Origin: Azolla caroliniana
Taxonomy: Eukaryota > Plantae > Polypodiophyta
Reading direction: 5' to 3'
Length of the DNA stretch: 64,000 nt
NCBI GenBank assembly: GCA_043228905.1
Contig: JBHGNT010000006.1
Coordinates: 13,020,001 to 13,084,000 of the forward strand
Shown: positions 50,929 to 64,000 of the stretch, in pieces
Layout of the letters: each line of letters opens with the position of its first letter
Numbering within the stretch: position 1 is the first letter of the stretch
Notes under the pieces: generated by a model
Told to the model about the DNA's origin: nothing
Database searches by the model: none
What the model saw: the letters and a program-made list of their open reading frames with translations, nothing else
Position numbers and translations under genes: made by a program

Positions 50929-50996
50929 AAATCGGCACCATGTTGGACAGTAAAAACGCCATAAATCGGCACCATGCTGGACAGTAAAAACGCCAT
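50929..50996 (+). repeat. 34-bp tandem duplication frameshifting A3 gag
   Basis: AAATCGGCACCATGYTGGACAGTAAAAACGCCAT twice, bounded by AAATCGG. Confidence 0.9.
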
Positions 50997-52816
50997 AAAT
51001 CGGGTATTTTGGAAGTTAGTGAGACTCCGGTACCAGGACGGATCTAGCATGGCAGAGCACATGAATGCATTTCAGGGGCTCATAAACCAAACAACTTCGC
51101 TTGAAGTACCTTTGTCCAACGAGGTACTTGCATTGCTCCTACTCGGTTCCCTCCCGGATAGTTGGTAGACGCTAGTTGTCACTTTGGGCAATGCCACGCC
51201 GGAAGGAAAGCAGTTGTCCCTAGCAAGGGTAAAATCAAGCTTGCTAGATGAAGAAGCTCGCTAGAAGGATTGGGAGTCCGGAACTGATCCGAAGGCCTTG
51301 GTCACGGAAGATGACCATAACCAGGGAAGTGGCTGAAATCAGAGTCCCCAAAACCAGAACAGATTTGGGACAAGGTCAAAGTTAAGGGGAGGCCTACTTG
51401 CTTCTACTGTGGGAAGCCAAGGCACTTCCAGAAGAACTGTCGGCATTTCCGGAAAAGAGAAAGGGGCCGACACCATTGATTCGAAGAAGAGTTTGAACCG
51501 AAGAGCTCTGGATCAGAAAGGAACGTCGATGATCGTGAAAAGTGAAGAAGAACTGTTGCTCATCATCGAGGAAAATGAGTTAAAACTTGTTGGCAACGAG
51601 ACAACGTGGGTTGTCGATTCCGGAGCATCGTTCCATCTGACACTAGACCGAAAATGCTTCTCATCCTACATAGCCGGAGATCACGGTTCTGTCTGGATGG
51701 GGAATGAAGGTACATGCTGAATTATCGGCATAGGAGAGGTGTGGTTGACGACATCAACCGGATGCAATTTGTTGTTGAAAGAAGTCTGACATGTTCCGGA
51801 GGTTCGGTTGAACCTGATATCAGTCGGTCGGCTAGATGATGAAGGCTGCACGGGTAGCATCCAAAACGGAGCCATGAAATTCAGAAAAGGAAGTTTGATC
51901 GTGGCTCGAGCCCGGAAGATCAACACGTTGTATGATGCATGCCCGGATATGCCGGGAGGAAGTGAATGTAGCATCTGACACTGCCAGTGAGCTATGGCAC
52001 AAGAGGTTGTGTCATATGAGTCAGAAAGGGATGAAGAGACTAGTCGAAGACAAACTCATTCCGGTGAAGGACGTGCAACTTGAGAAGTGCACCGATTGCT
52101 TACCCGGCAAGCAAAACCAAACCTCCTTCCGGTCAAGACCACCGATGAGACGGAATGCACCATTGGAGCTAGTGCATACCGATGCGTTTCAAGTGAACAC
52201 AAAGTCACATGCCAGATCGCAGTACTTCGTGGCGTTCATAGATGACCACAGCCGGAAGTTGTGGGTCTCACCGTTGTCGTGAAGATTTTCGGCAATAGTG
52301 TGAAAATCCTATAAAACATACGAAATCGAGTATGAATCACGTAGTACAATAATTGTGAAGATAACATTTTAAATAGATTTAATATCTAAGTACAAAATGA
52401 TGGAGGTTTCGAATGCACTTTATTACACGAGAAACGGACAACTAAATGTCAAGATATGAGGGTATAAAGTTTGTAAAAGGAAAGGAGAAAATTGTGAGAT
52501 ATCCCACATAGGCACGACAAATACAGCTCTCATCATATATAAGGTGGAGCAAAAGATATTATATTTGTGTCTATGTGTGGAGCATAGAGAGTTTAAGGTA
52601 ACTTGAACTAAGAGTGGAGGTGGGCTAGCTACTCGTAAAGGGTTTTGGCCAACCAAAAACGGACCGGCGATGGAGCCGATGATCCGACGGCATCCGACGG
52701 CAATCCGGTGACGGTGATCCGACGGCATCCGGCATCCGGCGGCGGCATCCGGCGAACCGGCGTCCAGCGACTAGATAAATAAATATATAAATATATATAC
52801 ATATTTACATATACAA

Positions 52817-52890
52817 GGAGGGCAAGTAAGGATTTGAACCTTGCACCTCCAAGTTAAGAGTCAAATGGCTTACCATTAAGCCATGCTATT
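52817..52890 (-). other. tRNA-like module (Pol III A and B boxes) in the G4 5' LTR; copy at about 59669-59740
   Basis: Minus strand reads TGGCTTAATGGTAAGCCA (D-arm-like hairpin)...CAAGGTTCAAATCCTT (T-arm-like). Confidence 0.68.
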
Positions 52891-53350
52891 TAGTTGAAAA
52901 TATATTTCTATCATTGTACTTTTACATGTAAATTCTCATACATGAGAACTAAAATGAGTGACATGGTTATCATGCACCACATGTAATACATAAGCGCCAA
53001 ATGGCAAACATGCAATTTATGCATGTCTTGTACCCTCACATGCATCATATGCATGAGAGCATCTATAAAAGAGGGAAGGGGGAGGAGAAAAAACACGGTT
53101 TTTTTTATGAAAATTAAGAGGAAGAAATTCGTTATCAAATTGATCGTGTAATCTCAACTTCTCTCTTTCCCAATCTATCTTAAGTACTTTCTCGCCAAAG
53201 CTTGTATCGACTCTAAATCCTTCTGGTTCAGAACCCCGGCGGTTCCGCCTCACGATCCGCGCGTAGTGACGGATCTTCACGACATAATTAAATGGTGAAC
53301 CCGACGTGAAAGAGGCGGTAGGAAGGATCAAGTCGAGATTAATACTTGGA

Positions 53351-55550
53351 GATGGCGTCCTCAAGCAACCAAGCAGGAGAGCTCGAAAGGATGATGCTAA
53401 TCGTCGAGCAAATGATGAGATCTCGGGACAACGACGCGAGCGTGGAGAAGGCTGTCGATCATGTCGTAGAGCTCGAGGGCCAATTCGATGGAAGGAACGT
53501 TACGAAGTTCTTTGATGCATATAAGAGGGAGATGAATCAAAGGGACGTGTCCGAGGCACGTCAAATCGCAAGCTTCAAGAGAGTTGTCGCCAACAACATC
53601 CAAAGACGCGTCATCGAGCTTCAAGAAGGTAAGACAACATGGTCCGAGTTCGAGAAAACGATACTAGCGGAGTTCGTGACTGAAGACTCAACGAGGATGA
53701 CTCGACATGCCCTGATGAAGTGGATAGAGAAGAAGAATAAGAAGATGAGCGTCTCGAGGGTGTACGACGGATTCGACCAGATGTTTAGTCGTCTCCCCAA
53801 TACGGACCAAGTGTTGCTTGAAGAGGACAAGACTTTGTACTTCTTGAAGGCCGTGGACATAAAGGATAGACGGGAGTTGGGGACTCTTCTCGAAGATGAT
53901 ACCCAAGCAAATGGGCTCGTAGCGGACTAGATCGCGGTGAAGCGGGCATGCAATAGGCTCGACAAGCGTCACCAATGGGTTGATGACACCGACTTGACGG
54001 GACCGACTACCACGGAGAAAGCAAGACCGCCGAAAGTAGCTGAGCCGCCAAGACAAAGTAACGTGGAAGAAAAGAAGATCGATGACGACATCATTGAAGA
54101 ATTAGCGAAGAAGTTCGAGAAGGTCACTCTAGCCAACATGAATCGTCGGGGCCCTAAAGGAAAAGAACCCTTTAGATGCGTGTGGTGCGATAGCATGGAC
54201 CACATGAGAAGGGATTGTGCGAGCCTTCGAGAGGCGATTCGACAAAATATCGTATACATAGAGGACAACATGATCTGCTCAAGCGAGACTAGAAGACCCC
54301 TACGGGTGAATTTCGGAAGAGGAGGAATGAAGAGATCTATGGAGGATGCCGATGCGACTCATGTGGATGCGATGCACTATGCTGTGTCGGCTTGAATAAG
54401 AGTCAGGAAAGACAAGACTGAAGCTGCTAGAGTGGGAGCAAAGTTTTGGACCTCCGTTCTCGAATATGAGAAGAAGGGAAAAATCACATCGAACGAGGTA
54501 GAGCTTGCGGACCGAAGCATGCAAAGCATAACCGGGTGGTCGGATCCGGTGGACGACAACACCATACTCGCAGAGGTGATGTGCGACAACCACGAGGTGT
54601 TCGTCGAAGAAAAGAGAAAGAGAATAGAAGAGCAAGGGCCATCAAAAAGACATGAAACAAGGAACGCGAAAATGAAGGACGATGCGGAGACGAGTCGACC
54701 TTTACAAACGGAGGAACGAGAATCAAGCCGAAAAGGGGAGCCGAGCATACGAGTTGAAGAAACGGTTCGGCCCGTGAAGGTTGGTGTCGAAGACCCCGCT
54801 CGGAGGACAAGGACTATACCTACCTATAAGCTAAGGTCGGACATAGAGCAGACGACGGACCTAAAGAAGATTCTCGAAGAACGAGTTCTTGATAGCCACG
54901 TAACTTTGTCCTTGAGGGAATTTCTTGGCATTACGAAGAAGGAGTTCCATGACACGATCGTGGACCTTGTAAAGAGAAAGAGACAACAATCGGACGAGGA
55001 AGAAGAGAAGCCGCAGAAAGCAAAAACGAATGCCATAACGATGGCAAGAGACGAAATCGATGAAGATATGGTGGACAGCCACTACACTCGACCTCATTGG
55101 GCATGAGCGACAACGGAGACGCCGGTGAAGATCGGGGAGAAGAAAGAGACCGTCATAGCCTTGATCGACCACGGCTCGGAGATCAACCTCATGTCAACCG
55201 ACTTCTACAAAAAGGGAAGATGGCCAATCAATACAAACCACGGATGGAAGATTCGCGCGGCAACAAAATCTACGGAGGATTTGTACGGAGCTTGTCCCAA
55301 TGTCAAAGTCACGATCGGGGATGTGGAGATGGATCAACACTTCTTCGTACAAGAATCGGCGTCGCATCCTGTCATCCTAGGGCAACCTTATATCACATCA
55401 TCTCAGATGGAGACCAAAGTGTTCGATAATGGAGCAGCCTTCGCACGAATAAAGAGTCTTGACAACCAAAGATCGGTCCAATTCCTAACGGTGCGAGCCA
55501 ATCATGAAAGGAATCGAGATAGTCTCGGAGGCGAATCCTCGGATTTTTAG
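53351..55550 (+). pseudogene. gag: G4 Gag-protease with three in-frame stops
   Basis: ORFs 53346, 53937, 54432 and 55125 share one frame. Knuckle CVWCDSMDHMRRDC; protease ALIDHGSEIN...VILGQP. Confidence 0.9.
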
Positions 55551-58500
55551 AGCGGACTATTGAAGCATGGGGCACAAATAGTCCGAGCAATCACAAGACC
55601 CCACAAGAAAGAAGAGTGCGTGGATTGTAAGGAGAAGCAACATGTGTCACACCTAGTGGCGCATGTAAACTAGTACTACCCGACAAGAAGCACAAGCGCC
55701 GGATACAAGAATTCGAGAAGATGCTGAAAGAAGAGAATATAATAGAAGAAGGAGAGTTCGTGACTCATATTATGGAAGAAGCCTCATTTAACGACACCAT
55801 CAGCGAAATCGAGGACGTCGTGGACTTGAGCTATCTTCACAACCAACGTGTGATTTCGGTTAACTCCGTCAACATGTACGCTATCATCGATGAATACCGT
55901 CGTGGCATCTCGATGAAGGAAGCTGACATCAACACGAAATATAAAATGGTGGATAAGAAGATCAAGCCAGTTGCAGTTCCGCTACCGGAAGATAGCTGGC
56001 AAAAGATGAAGGAAGTCACTAACGATCCAAGCTTAAGAGATCCGAAGAAGATAGGTCATGACTTCACCAAAGAGACGAAGGGGAAGCTACGAGTTGGAAA
56101 GGAGGATTTCCTTCTCCCTGAAGAGGAGCGAATGTTTCGCGATATGCTTGAGAGACATGGGAAGGCTTTCGAATTCTTCCCATGAGAAATTGGATGCGCC
56201 GACCCAAAGGTTATAGAGCCGATGGTGATCTTCACGGTGCCTCATGTGCCTTGGAATTTGAAATCGATACCGGTTCCGAGAGCACACCTTCCAAAGCTGA
56301 TCGAGCTCTTAAAGGAGACGGTGAGTATGGGAATTCTAGAACCGTCGAATGCTCCTTATTCCAATAGGTGGTTCACGGTGCCGAAGAAGAATGGATCATT
56401 GCGATTCATCCAAGATCTTCAACCCGTCAACAAGGTGACAATTCGAAATGTCGGAATTGGTCCGAGCGTGGACGAATTTGCCGAAGCGTTTGCGGGCCGG
56501 TCCATCTACTCCATTGGCGATCTCTACTCCGGATATGACCAATTCCAATTGGCGATCGACAGTCGGGACATTACAACCATGAGGACTCCGATCGGGCTTG
56601 TGCGGATGTGTACCTTACCCCAAGGCGCAACGAACTCGGTGGCTCATATGGTGAATGCCATGAATAAAGTCTTAAAGGATTGCATTCCGGACATCAAGAT
56701 GCCATTCTTGGATGATATTCCAATAAAAGGATGTTCGGATGAGGAGAAAGATGAATTGAAAGATAAGGAAGGTTGTAGAAAGTTCGTTGCGGATCATATG
56801 AAAGATTGCGAGAAGGTGCTTCAAAGGCTCGAAGATGCGAATTTGACATTTTTGGGAGAAAAATCCGCATTCGGCCAACCGGAGATCTTGGTGGTAGGTC
56901 ACTTGTGTGGAGCATACGGCCGGAAGCCCTCGCCATCCAAAGTGAACGCAATCCAAGACATGAAAGAAGAATGTGAAAACCAAACGGAGGTTCGAAGGTT
57001 CCTTGGAGCGTGCACGTTTTATCATATATGGATTCCTCACTACGCTCATGTCGCCGAACCGTTATATGGACTACTAAAGAAAAGAATAAAGTTCGAATGG
57101 CGAGACGAGCACACAGAGGCGATGCGAAGATTAAAGAAACTGCTTCTTGAAGCTCCGGCACTAAGGAAGGCCGACTATGCCGAAGGGAAACCAATTTACG
57201 TGACCGTAGATACGAGCCCAACCGGAATCGGGTGGGTCATCAATCAAGAAGGTGAAGATATTGCACGATATGCCGTCCGGTTCGGAGCAAAGGTTCTCAG
57301 CGAACGGCAACAAAGATATGCCCAAGTCAAGCGGGAACTTTGGGGTATTGTGTCGGCAGTGAAGACGGACAAAGATTACCTGATCGGGTCAGAAGTGATA
57401 ATAGAGACAGATTGTCTCCCAATTCTCGGAATGGTCTCGAGATGTGCGACCCCAGATCTTGCTATGCTAAGGTGGATCACCTACATCAAGTCTTTAAACC
57501 CAGAGATCCGTCACATTGCAGGGAAGAAGAACGCCATGGCTGACATGCTATCGAGGGCAAGATTTTCAAATGGAAGTAACATGGTTTCGGAAGATGAAGA
57601 TGTCGCCCTCAACTTCTTCAAGATGGCTCGATTGTCGGCGGAAAACCAGGACACGCAAACCCTCCACGCCTTCAATGAGAACGAGTATGAAGGAGAATGG
57701 TTACTCATCGGTAGATTCCTAAGAACATTGACGACAGATGCTTCGTTGACAAAGGAGGAGGCCCTACGAATCTGAAAGAAAGCTTATCGATACTTCTTGA
57801 AGGGAGGATTCCTTTGGCGACACCCAAAAAGAAAGACAGGAATACCACGTCGAGTGGTGGTAAAGAAAGAAGAGCAAGAGACGCTGATGACCGAATTCCA
57901 CGAGAGTGCTTGGGCAGGTCATAGAGGAACATGGGTGACGTTCGAAAAATTGAAGGAGAAGTACTGGTGGCCAAGCATGTACAAAGATGTACTCCATTTC
58001 GTGTCCACATGTGAAACTTGCCAAATATATTCAAATATACGTCATCGTGATGAGTTAAAGCCGACATACCCACTCACCATTCACTTCAAATGGATGGTGG
58101 ATCTGGTCTCGATGCCAATGGGAGTGGGACAAATGAAGTACTTAGCGCTCGCAAGGGATGACTTGACAAATCAAGTGGAAGGACGAACCTTGACAAAAAA
58201 GACGACTTCAGCCGTTTGTAAATTTTTACTTGAAGATGTTGTTTGCCGATATGGATGTGTAGGGAAGATAGTGGCCGACCGAGGTGAGTTGGACGCGCAC
58301 GAAGCGACGGAGCTCTTCGAAAGACTAGGCGTGAAGCTCTCCCTCACGACTGCCTACAATCGGGAAGCAAATGGGAAGATCGAGCGAGGGCATGGACCTA
58401 TCGTTAAAGCCATCGTACGGGCATGCAACGGTCGAGTCGGGAATTGGCCACGACTATTACCCTATGCCTTGTGGGCCGATAGAACGACACATAGCTCGGT

Positions 58501-59035
58501 GACAGGGTATATGCCGACGGAGCTTATGTATGGACAAAAGCTGATTATGCCCATCGAAAGGACGATCGCCTCATGGGTAGCGATACTGTGGGAGAACGAG
58601 ATGAGCCGAGAAGAGTTATTAGCGGTGTGGATAAGGCAACTTGAAAGAAGACCTGAAGATTTAGAAAAAGCGCGAAAGATGATGAAGGCAGCCCGAGTAA
58701 AGAACAAAGTTTGGTTCGACAACACGCATCGACTTCATCCCAAGAAGATTGAAGAAGGGGATTGGGTTTTGGTTTACGACAGCACCCTTGACAATCAACA
58801 CAGTACAGCAAGGAAGTTCGCAAGAAGATGGTTCAGGCCATATGTGCTGACAAGTGCCAACGATAATGCCACATACCACCTTGCGGAACTAGACGGATCA
58901 AGGTTGGCCGTACCCATTGCGGGAAAAAGAGTAAAGATTTTCAAGAAAAGACAAGACAAGGATCCTGACCTCGATTACCTCGACGATGAACATAATAGGG
59001 CGGATGAAAATGAAGACATGGAGGAATCTAATTGA
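55541..59035 (+). pseudogene. pol: G4 Pol (RT, RNase H, integrase) in the -1 frame
   Basis: VPKKNGSLRFIQDLQPVN, LPQGATNS, FLDD, VDTS, ETDC, HHCC zinc finger, D-D-E core. Stops at about 55628, 56183 and 57773. Confidence 0.95.
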
Positions 59036-60779
59036 TCATCGTAGCCGAAATCTCACTTCTTCTCTTCTTGGCACGTACCGGAGGACGTGCGGTTTGGTGG
59101 GGGTGGATGTCGTGAAGATTTTCGGCAATAGTGTGAAAATCCTATAAAACATACGAAATCGAGTATGAATCACGTAGTACAATAATTGTGAAGATAACAT
59201 TTTAAATAGATTTAATATCTAAGTACAAAATGATGGAGGTTTCGAATGCACTTTATTACACGAGAAACGGATAATTAAATGTCAAGATATGAGGGTATAA
59301 AGTTTGTAAAAGGAAAGGAGAAAATTGTGAGATATCCCACATAGGCACGACAAATACAGCTCTCATCATATATAAGGTGGAGCAAAAGATATTATCTTTG
59401 TGTGTATGTGTGGAGCATAGAGAGTTCAAGGTAACTTGAACTAAGAGTGGAGGTGGGCTAGCTACTCGTAAAGGGTTTTGGCCAACCAAAACTGGACCGA
59501 CGATGGAGCCGATGATCCGACGGCAATCCGGCGACGGTGATCCGACATCCGGCGGCGGCACTTGTATCCAGCGAGGCACCGGTAACCGACGGCATCCGGT
59601 GGCGGCATCCGGCGAACCGGCGTCCGGCGACTAGATAAATAAATATATAAATATATATACATATACAAGGAGGGCAAGTAAGGATTCAAACTTGCACCTC
59701 CAAGTTAGGAGTCAAATGGCTTACCATTAAGCCATGCTATTTAGTTGAAATTATATTTTTATCATTATACTTTTACATGTAAATTCTCATACATGAGAAC
59801 TAAAATGAGTGACATGGTTATCATGCACCACATGTAATACATAAGCGCCAAATGGCAAACATGCAATTTATGCATGTCACATGCATCATATACATGAGAG
59901 CATCTATAAAAGAGGGAAGGGGGAGGAGAAAAAACACGGGTTTTTTTATGAAAATTAAGAGGAAGAAATTCGTTATCAAATTGATCGTGTAATCTCAACT
60001 TCTCTCGTTCCCAATCTATCTTAAGTACTTTCTCGCCAAAGCTTGTATCGACTCTAAATCCTTCTGGTCCAGAACCCCGGCGGTTCCGCCTCACGATCCG
60101 CGCGTAGTGACGGATCTTCACGACATCGTTGAAGACAAAGGATTAGGTTCTATCCGTCGTCGAGCTCCATGCGAGAGTCCGGAGTATGCTAGCACATGCC
60201 AAGTTACCCAAGATGTTCTGGGTTGAGGCACTGATGACAGTGACCTATTTGATAAACAGATCACCCTCACCACCCTTGGAAGGAGACTCACCGCAAAAGG
60301 TATGGCCCGATAAAGACGTGTCCTACCGGCATCTAAAGGTGTTCGGGTGTCTCGCATATCTGCATGTTGCAAACGACAAGAGAGCAAAGTTGGATGCGAA
60401 GTCCCAACCATGTATAGTCCTTGGATACGGTGATGATGAGTTTGGTTATCGAGTGTGGGACCTGGTCAACAAGAAGGTGTTCCGGAGTCAAGATATAGTC
60501 TTCATGGAAGATAGGACCATTGCCGATTGGGAGTCGGAGAAGAAGGTGATGAACTCCGGATCATCCAATGAAAACCAGCTTGAAGACATAAGGACTTACC
60601 CAGTTGGAAACAAGATGTTAGCCGGTAACTGGATGACACTCTATGAACCGGCCAGTTTCGAACAAGAACCGAACCGACCTAAGAAGAAGAAGGAGACACT
60701 AGAACCCCCGGGGGCTTCACTGTGAAAACTTGTATGATAGCACCTGAGTTCATCGAAAGGGGTTTAAATTAACCATTGA

Positions 60780-63700
60780 GATACAAAATGTATATATATA
60801 AGGGTATTAACAAATGCATAAAAAATATATTTACATAAGGGTATTATCAATTATGCTATAGAAAAAAATTACATAATCCCATGAAATATTAGATATTGAA
60901 CAATGAGATAATAAAGAATATATTGTTAAAACAATAGTCAAATTTGGAGTGGCATACATACATACATACATATAAATGCATATATGTACCTACATTTAAA
61001 CATTACATCCATAAATATGTATATACATACATTACACCCATTTATACATGCATATTGACTAAACATGAATATATATAAAAATATATATTGTCATATGTAG
61101 ATATGTACATACACATACATAAATACAAATATGTAAATGCATACATGCTACATACATATTAGAATAAGCCCATGAAATATTAGATATTTCAATGAGATAA
61201 TAAAGAATATATTGTGCAAACAATACTCAAATTTGGAGTGGCATACATACATATACATGCATACATGCATATATGTACCTACATTTAAACATTACATCCA
61301 TAAATATGCATATACATACATTACACCCATTTATACATGCATACTGACTAAACATGAATATGTATACAAATATATATTACCATATGTAGATATGTACATA
61401 CACATACATAAATACAAATATGTAAATACATACATGCTACATACATATTATAATAAGCCATATGTATTGACAGATGTTAATACATGCATAAAAATTACAT
61501 ATTAAATATCATATGATCCATTCATATTACACAATATACAGATTTACATACATTGCATTACATATATACATATACATATACATTTATATACATATATATA
61601 TATTACATATGTACATACATATTCCACATATTGCCATATATATATATATATATATGTTATATGGAACCATACAACCTACAATACTTAAATATATACATAC
61701 ATACATGCACACACATCGGATATATGACTGCATATTACGTACATATTGAAAACATAAATTCATATACGATCCATACACATACTAGACATGAAAATATCCC
61801 AAAAATAATACATTACATATATACACATACGTGCATTCATACATGTACATAGATATATTCATTCATCGATTGCTACACATATATACGTACATATGCCTAC
61901 AATGTTACATATACAAATTTTACAAACATACATACATTACATATGTACATACATATCACCACATACACGAACATAGACACACACATGGTCATACACACTA
62001 TAATAGTACATATATGCATACACATACATACATTAGATATATACATACATATTATGCACATATTATAAACACACATCCAGACACATTAAATCATGTGCAT
62101 TGACACATGCATATATGCATACAGGTACATACATACATATTCCACATATCACTATATATATATAGGTCATACAGGGTCATACAAGTTACAATACTTTCAT
62201 ACACACACACACACATTAGATATACGTATGCTTACACATACATTTAATAATATATGCATGCATATTATGTGATATTGCAAACATACATCCATATATGAGC
62301 CATTCACATACTAAACACGATCAATACACCGAAAATATACATACATGAATACATTACATATTACATGTATACACATATATGCATTCATACATGGACATAC
62401 ATATATTCATTCATACACTGCTACACATATATAGGTACACATGCCTATAATGATACTTGTGTAAATGTTACCAACTTACATCCATACATGTACATACATG
62501 CATGCATGCATACATACAATACAATATGTACATACGTACGTGCATATGTGTATATATGTTTGTGGTGTGTGTTGTATGTGTGTATGTATATATTGTATTG
62601 TATGCATGAATAGACACACATAACACATATACACATACATATGGACGTGTAAAGAATATATATACACACACATGCCATACATACTATACATTCAACACAT
62701 GCAATACAATACAATATGTACATACACACATACATATATACACATGCAATACAATACATACATATGTAAATCAATAGAAAACACACACACACACACACAT
62801 ACACATGATATACAATACATACATATGTACATCAATAGAAAATACACACACACACATAACACATACATACATACGTAGAAATATAGAATACACACACATA
62901 TAGCACATACACACATATAACACATATGTGCATGGACACATGCCATACATACAATACATACATATGCACCTATGTAGAACATACACACATATAACACATA
63001 CATACATTATACATAGTCACATGCCATACATACAACACATTCAACACAATACAAGATGTACATACATATACATGCACAAATGCCATACATACAATGCACA
63101 TATACAATAATGCAATTAATACAAAATGATACAATACAATAAAATGCAATACAACATGTACATACATGCATATACACACAACACATACATATACATACAT
63201 AGTCACATGCCATACATACAACACAATACAATATGTATGTCATACATACACATGCACACATGCCATACATACAATGCATATATACAATAATGCAATTAAA
63301 ACAAAACAATGCAATGCAATGCAATACAACATGTACATACATACATATTATACGCATCAATACATACACACAACATGTACATACATAAACATGCATATAT
63401 GCATCAATACATACACATACATATATATGCATGCAATACAATACAAATGCACATATATAGAACATACACATACATGCTATACATATAATACATACTTAAG
63501 CACAAGTATAAAACATATACATACATACACACATGGAATACAATGCACATACATAGAACATACAATACATATGCAATACATAGAACATACAATACATATG
63601 CAATACATAGAACATACACATAAGCACATAACACATACCCTACATACTCACATGCCATACACAAAATACATACAATATAATATGTAATACACTCACATAC

Positions 63701-63810
63701 AATATATACAATACAATATTGTATATACAATAAAATTATGCAATATGTACCTACATACATACACGCAACACAGACATATATACACATGCACATATATACA
63801 ACATACACAC
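60780..63810. repeat. Low-complexity CATA/TACA/CA-rich tract with internal duplications
   Basis: About 3 kb of degenerate ACAT/AT/AC repeats, including an approximately 290-bp tandem duplication (60878 and 61169). Confidence 0.9.
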
Positions 63811-63900
63811 ACTATTTTTAAAACACTAATTGTTTGAAAAAATGGGGGAAGAAAGGGGGGGGTTTAGGGTTAAGGGTTAAAACACTAATTGCTTATGAAG

Positions 63901-63925
63901 CTCTCTCTCTCTCTCTCTCTCTCTC
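63901..63925. repeat. (CT)n microsatellite preceded by a telomere-like motif
   Basis: About 12 CT units; GGGTTTAGGGTTAAGGG at about 63860-63876. Confidence 0.85.
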
Positions 63926-64000
63926 CTTTCTAGCGCTTGGATTGGTCTTCCAGGTAATCATTGGCGGTGGAGGGGCGACTTTGTGTCTAGTGGAGCAATA

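Larger units (their letters stand above)
52275..60125 (+). mobile_element. Full-length Ty3/gypsy element G4 (tRNA-Trp primed, no chromodomain)
   Basis: LTRs 52275-53284 and 59108-60125 with a 12-bp terminal inverted repeat TGTCGTGAAGAT. TSD CCGT/TCGT, PBS 53293-53309, order gag-PR-RT-RNase H-integrase. Confidence 0.96.
50120..60712 (+). mobile_element. Copia A3: 5' LTR 50120-50647, PBS 50651-50662; 3'-truncated; host of G4
   Basis: A-type LTR, gag MFKLTGSNY and WVVDSGAS; the integrase resumes at 60126 after G4. Confidence 0.92.

Noticed and set aside
52817-52890. Functional tRNA gene
   Set aside because: The anticodon and acceptor stems are imperfect and the anticodon loop differs between the two LTRs; reported only as tRNA-like.
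61212-63808. Many His/Tyr/Ile- or Cys/Val/Met-rich ORFs
   Set aside because: They are artefacts of CATA/TATG simple repeats that lack stop codons.
63860-63876. Telomere or interstitial telomeric array
   Set aside because: Only about two degenerate units; at most a telo-box.

Overview
The window is gene-free plant DNA built almost entirely from nested LTR retrotransposons; the protein families suggest a non-seed plant such as a fern (inference). About 18 elements or fragments can be delimited from LTR termini, primer-binding sites (PBS), polypurine tracts (PPT) and target-site duplications (TSD), nested up to four deep. They comprise Ty1/copia elements of about five families (one nearly intact, 3755-9080), Ty3/gypsy elements (a full-length tRNA-Trp-primed element at 52275-60125 and a gag-only relative at 37227-40569), two solo LTRs, a probable hAT end and a 3-kb CATA/TACA-rich tract. 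The most notable signals are: (1) an antisense tRNA-like module with Pol III A and B boxes in the LTRs of both tRNA-Trp-primed gypsy elements; (2) the gag-only partner, whose Gag is fused to a repetitive charged tail; (3) a covarying stack of hairpins around the TATA box in divergent copia LTRs; (4) a solo LTR flanked by a 67-bp duplication. All comparisons were made by eye, and family labels (A-E, G, N) are my own.
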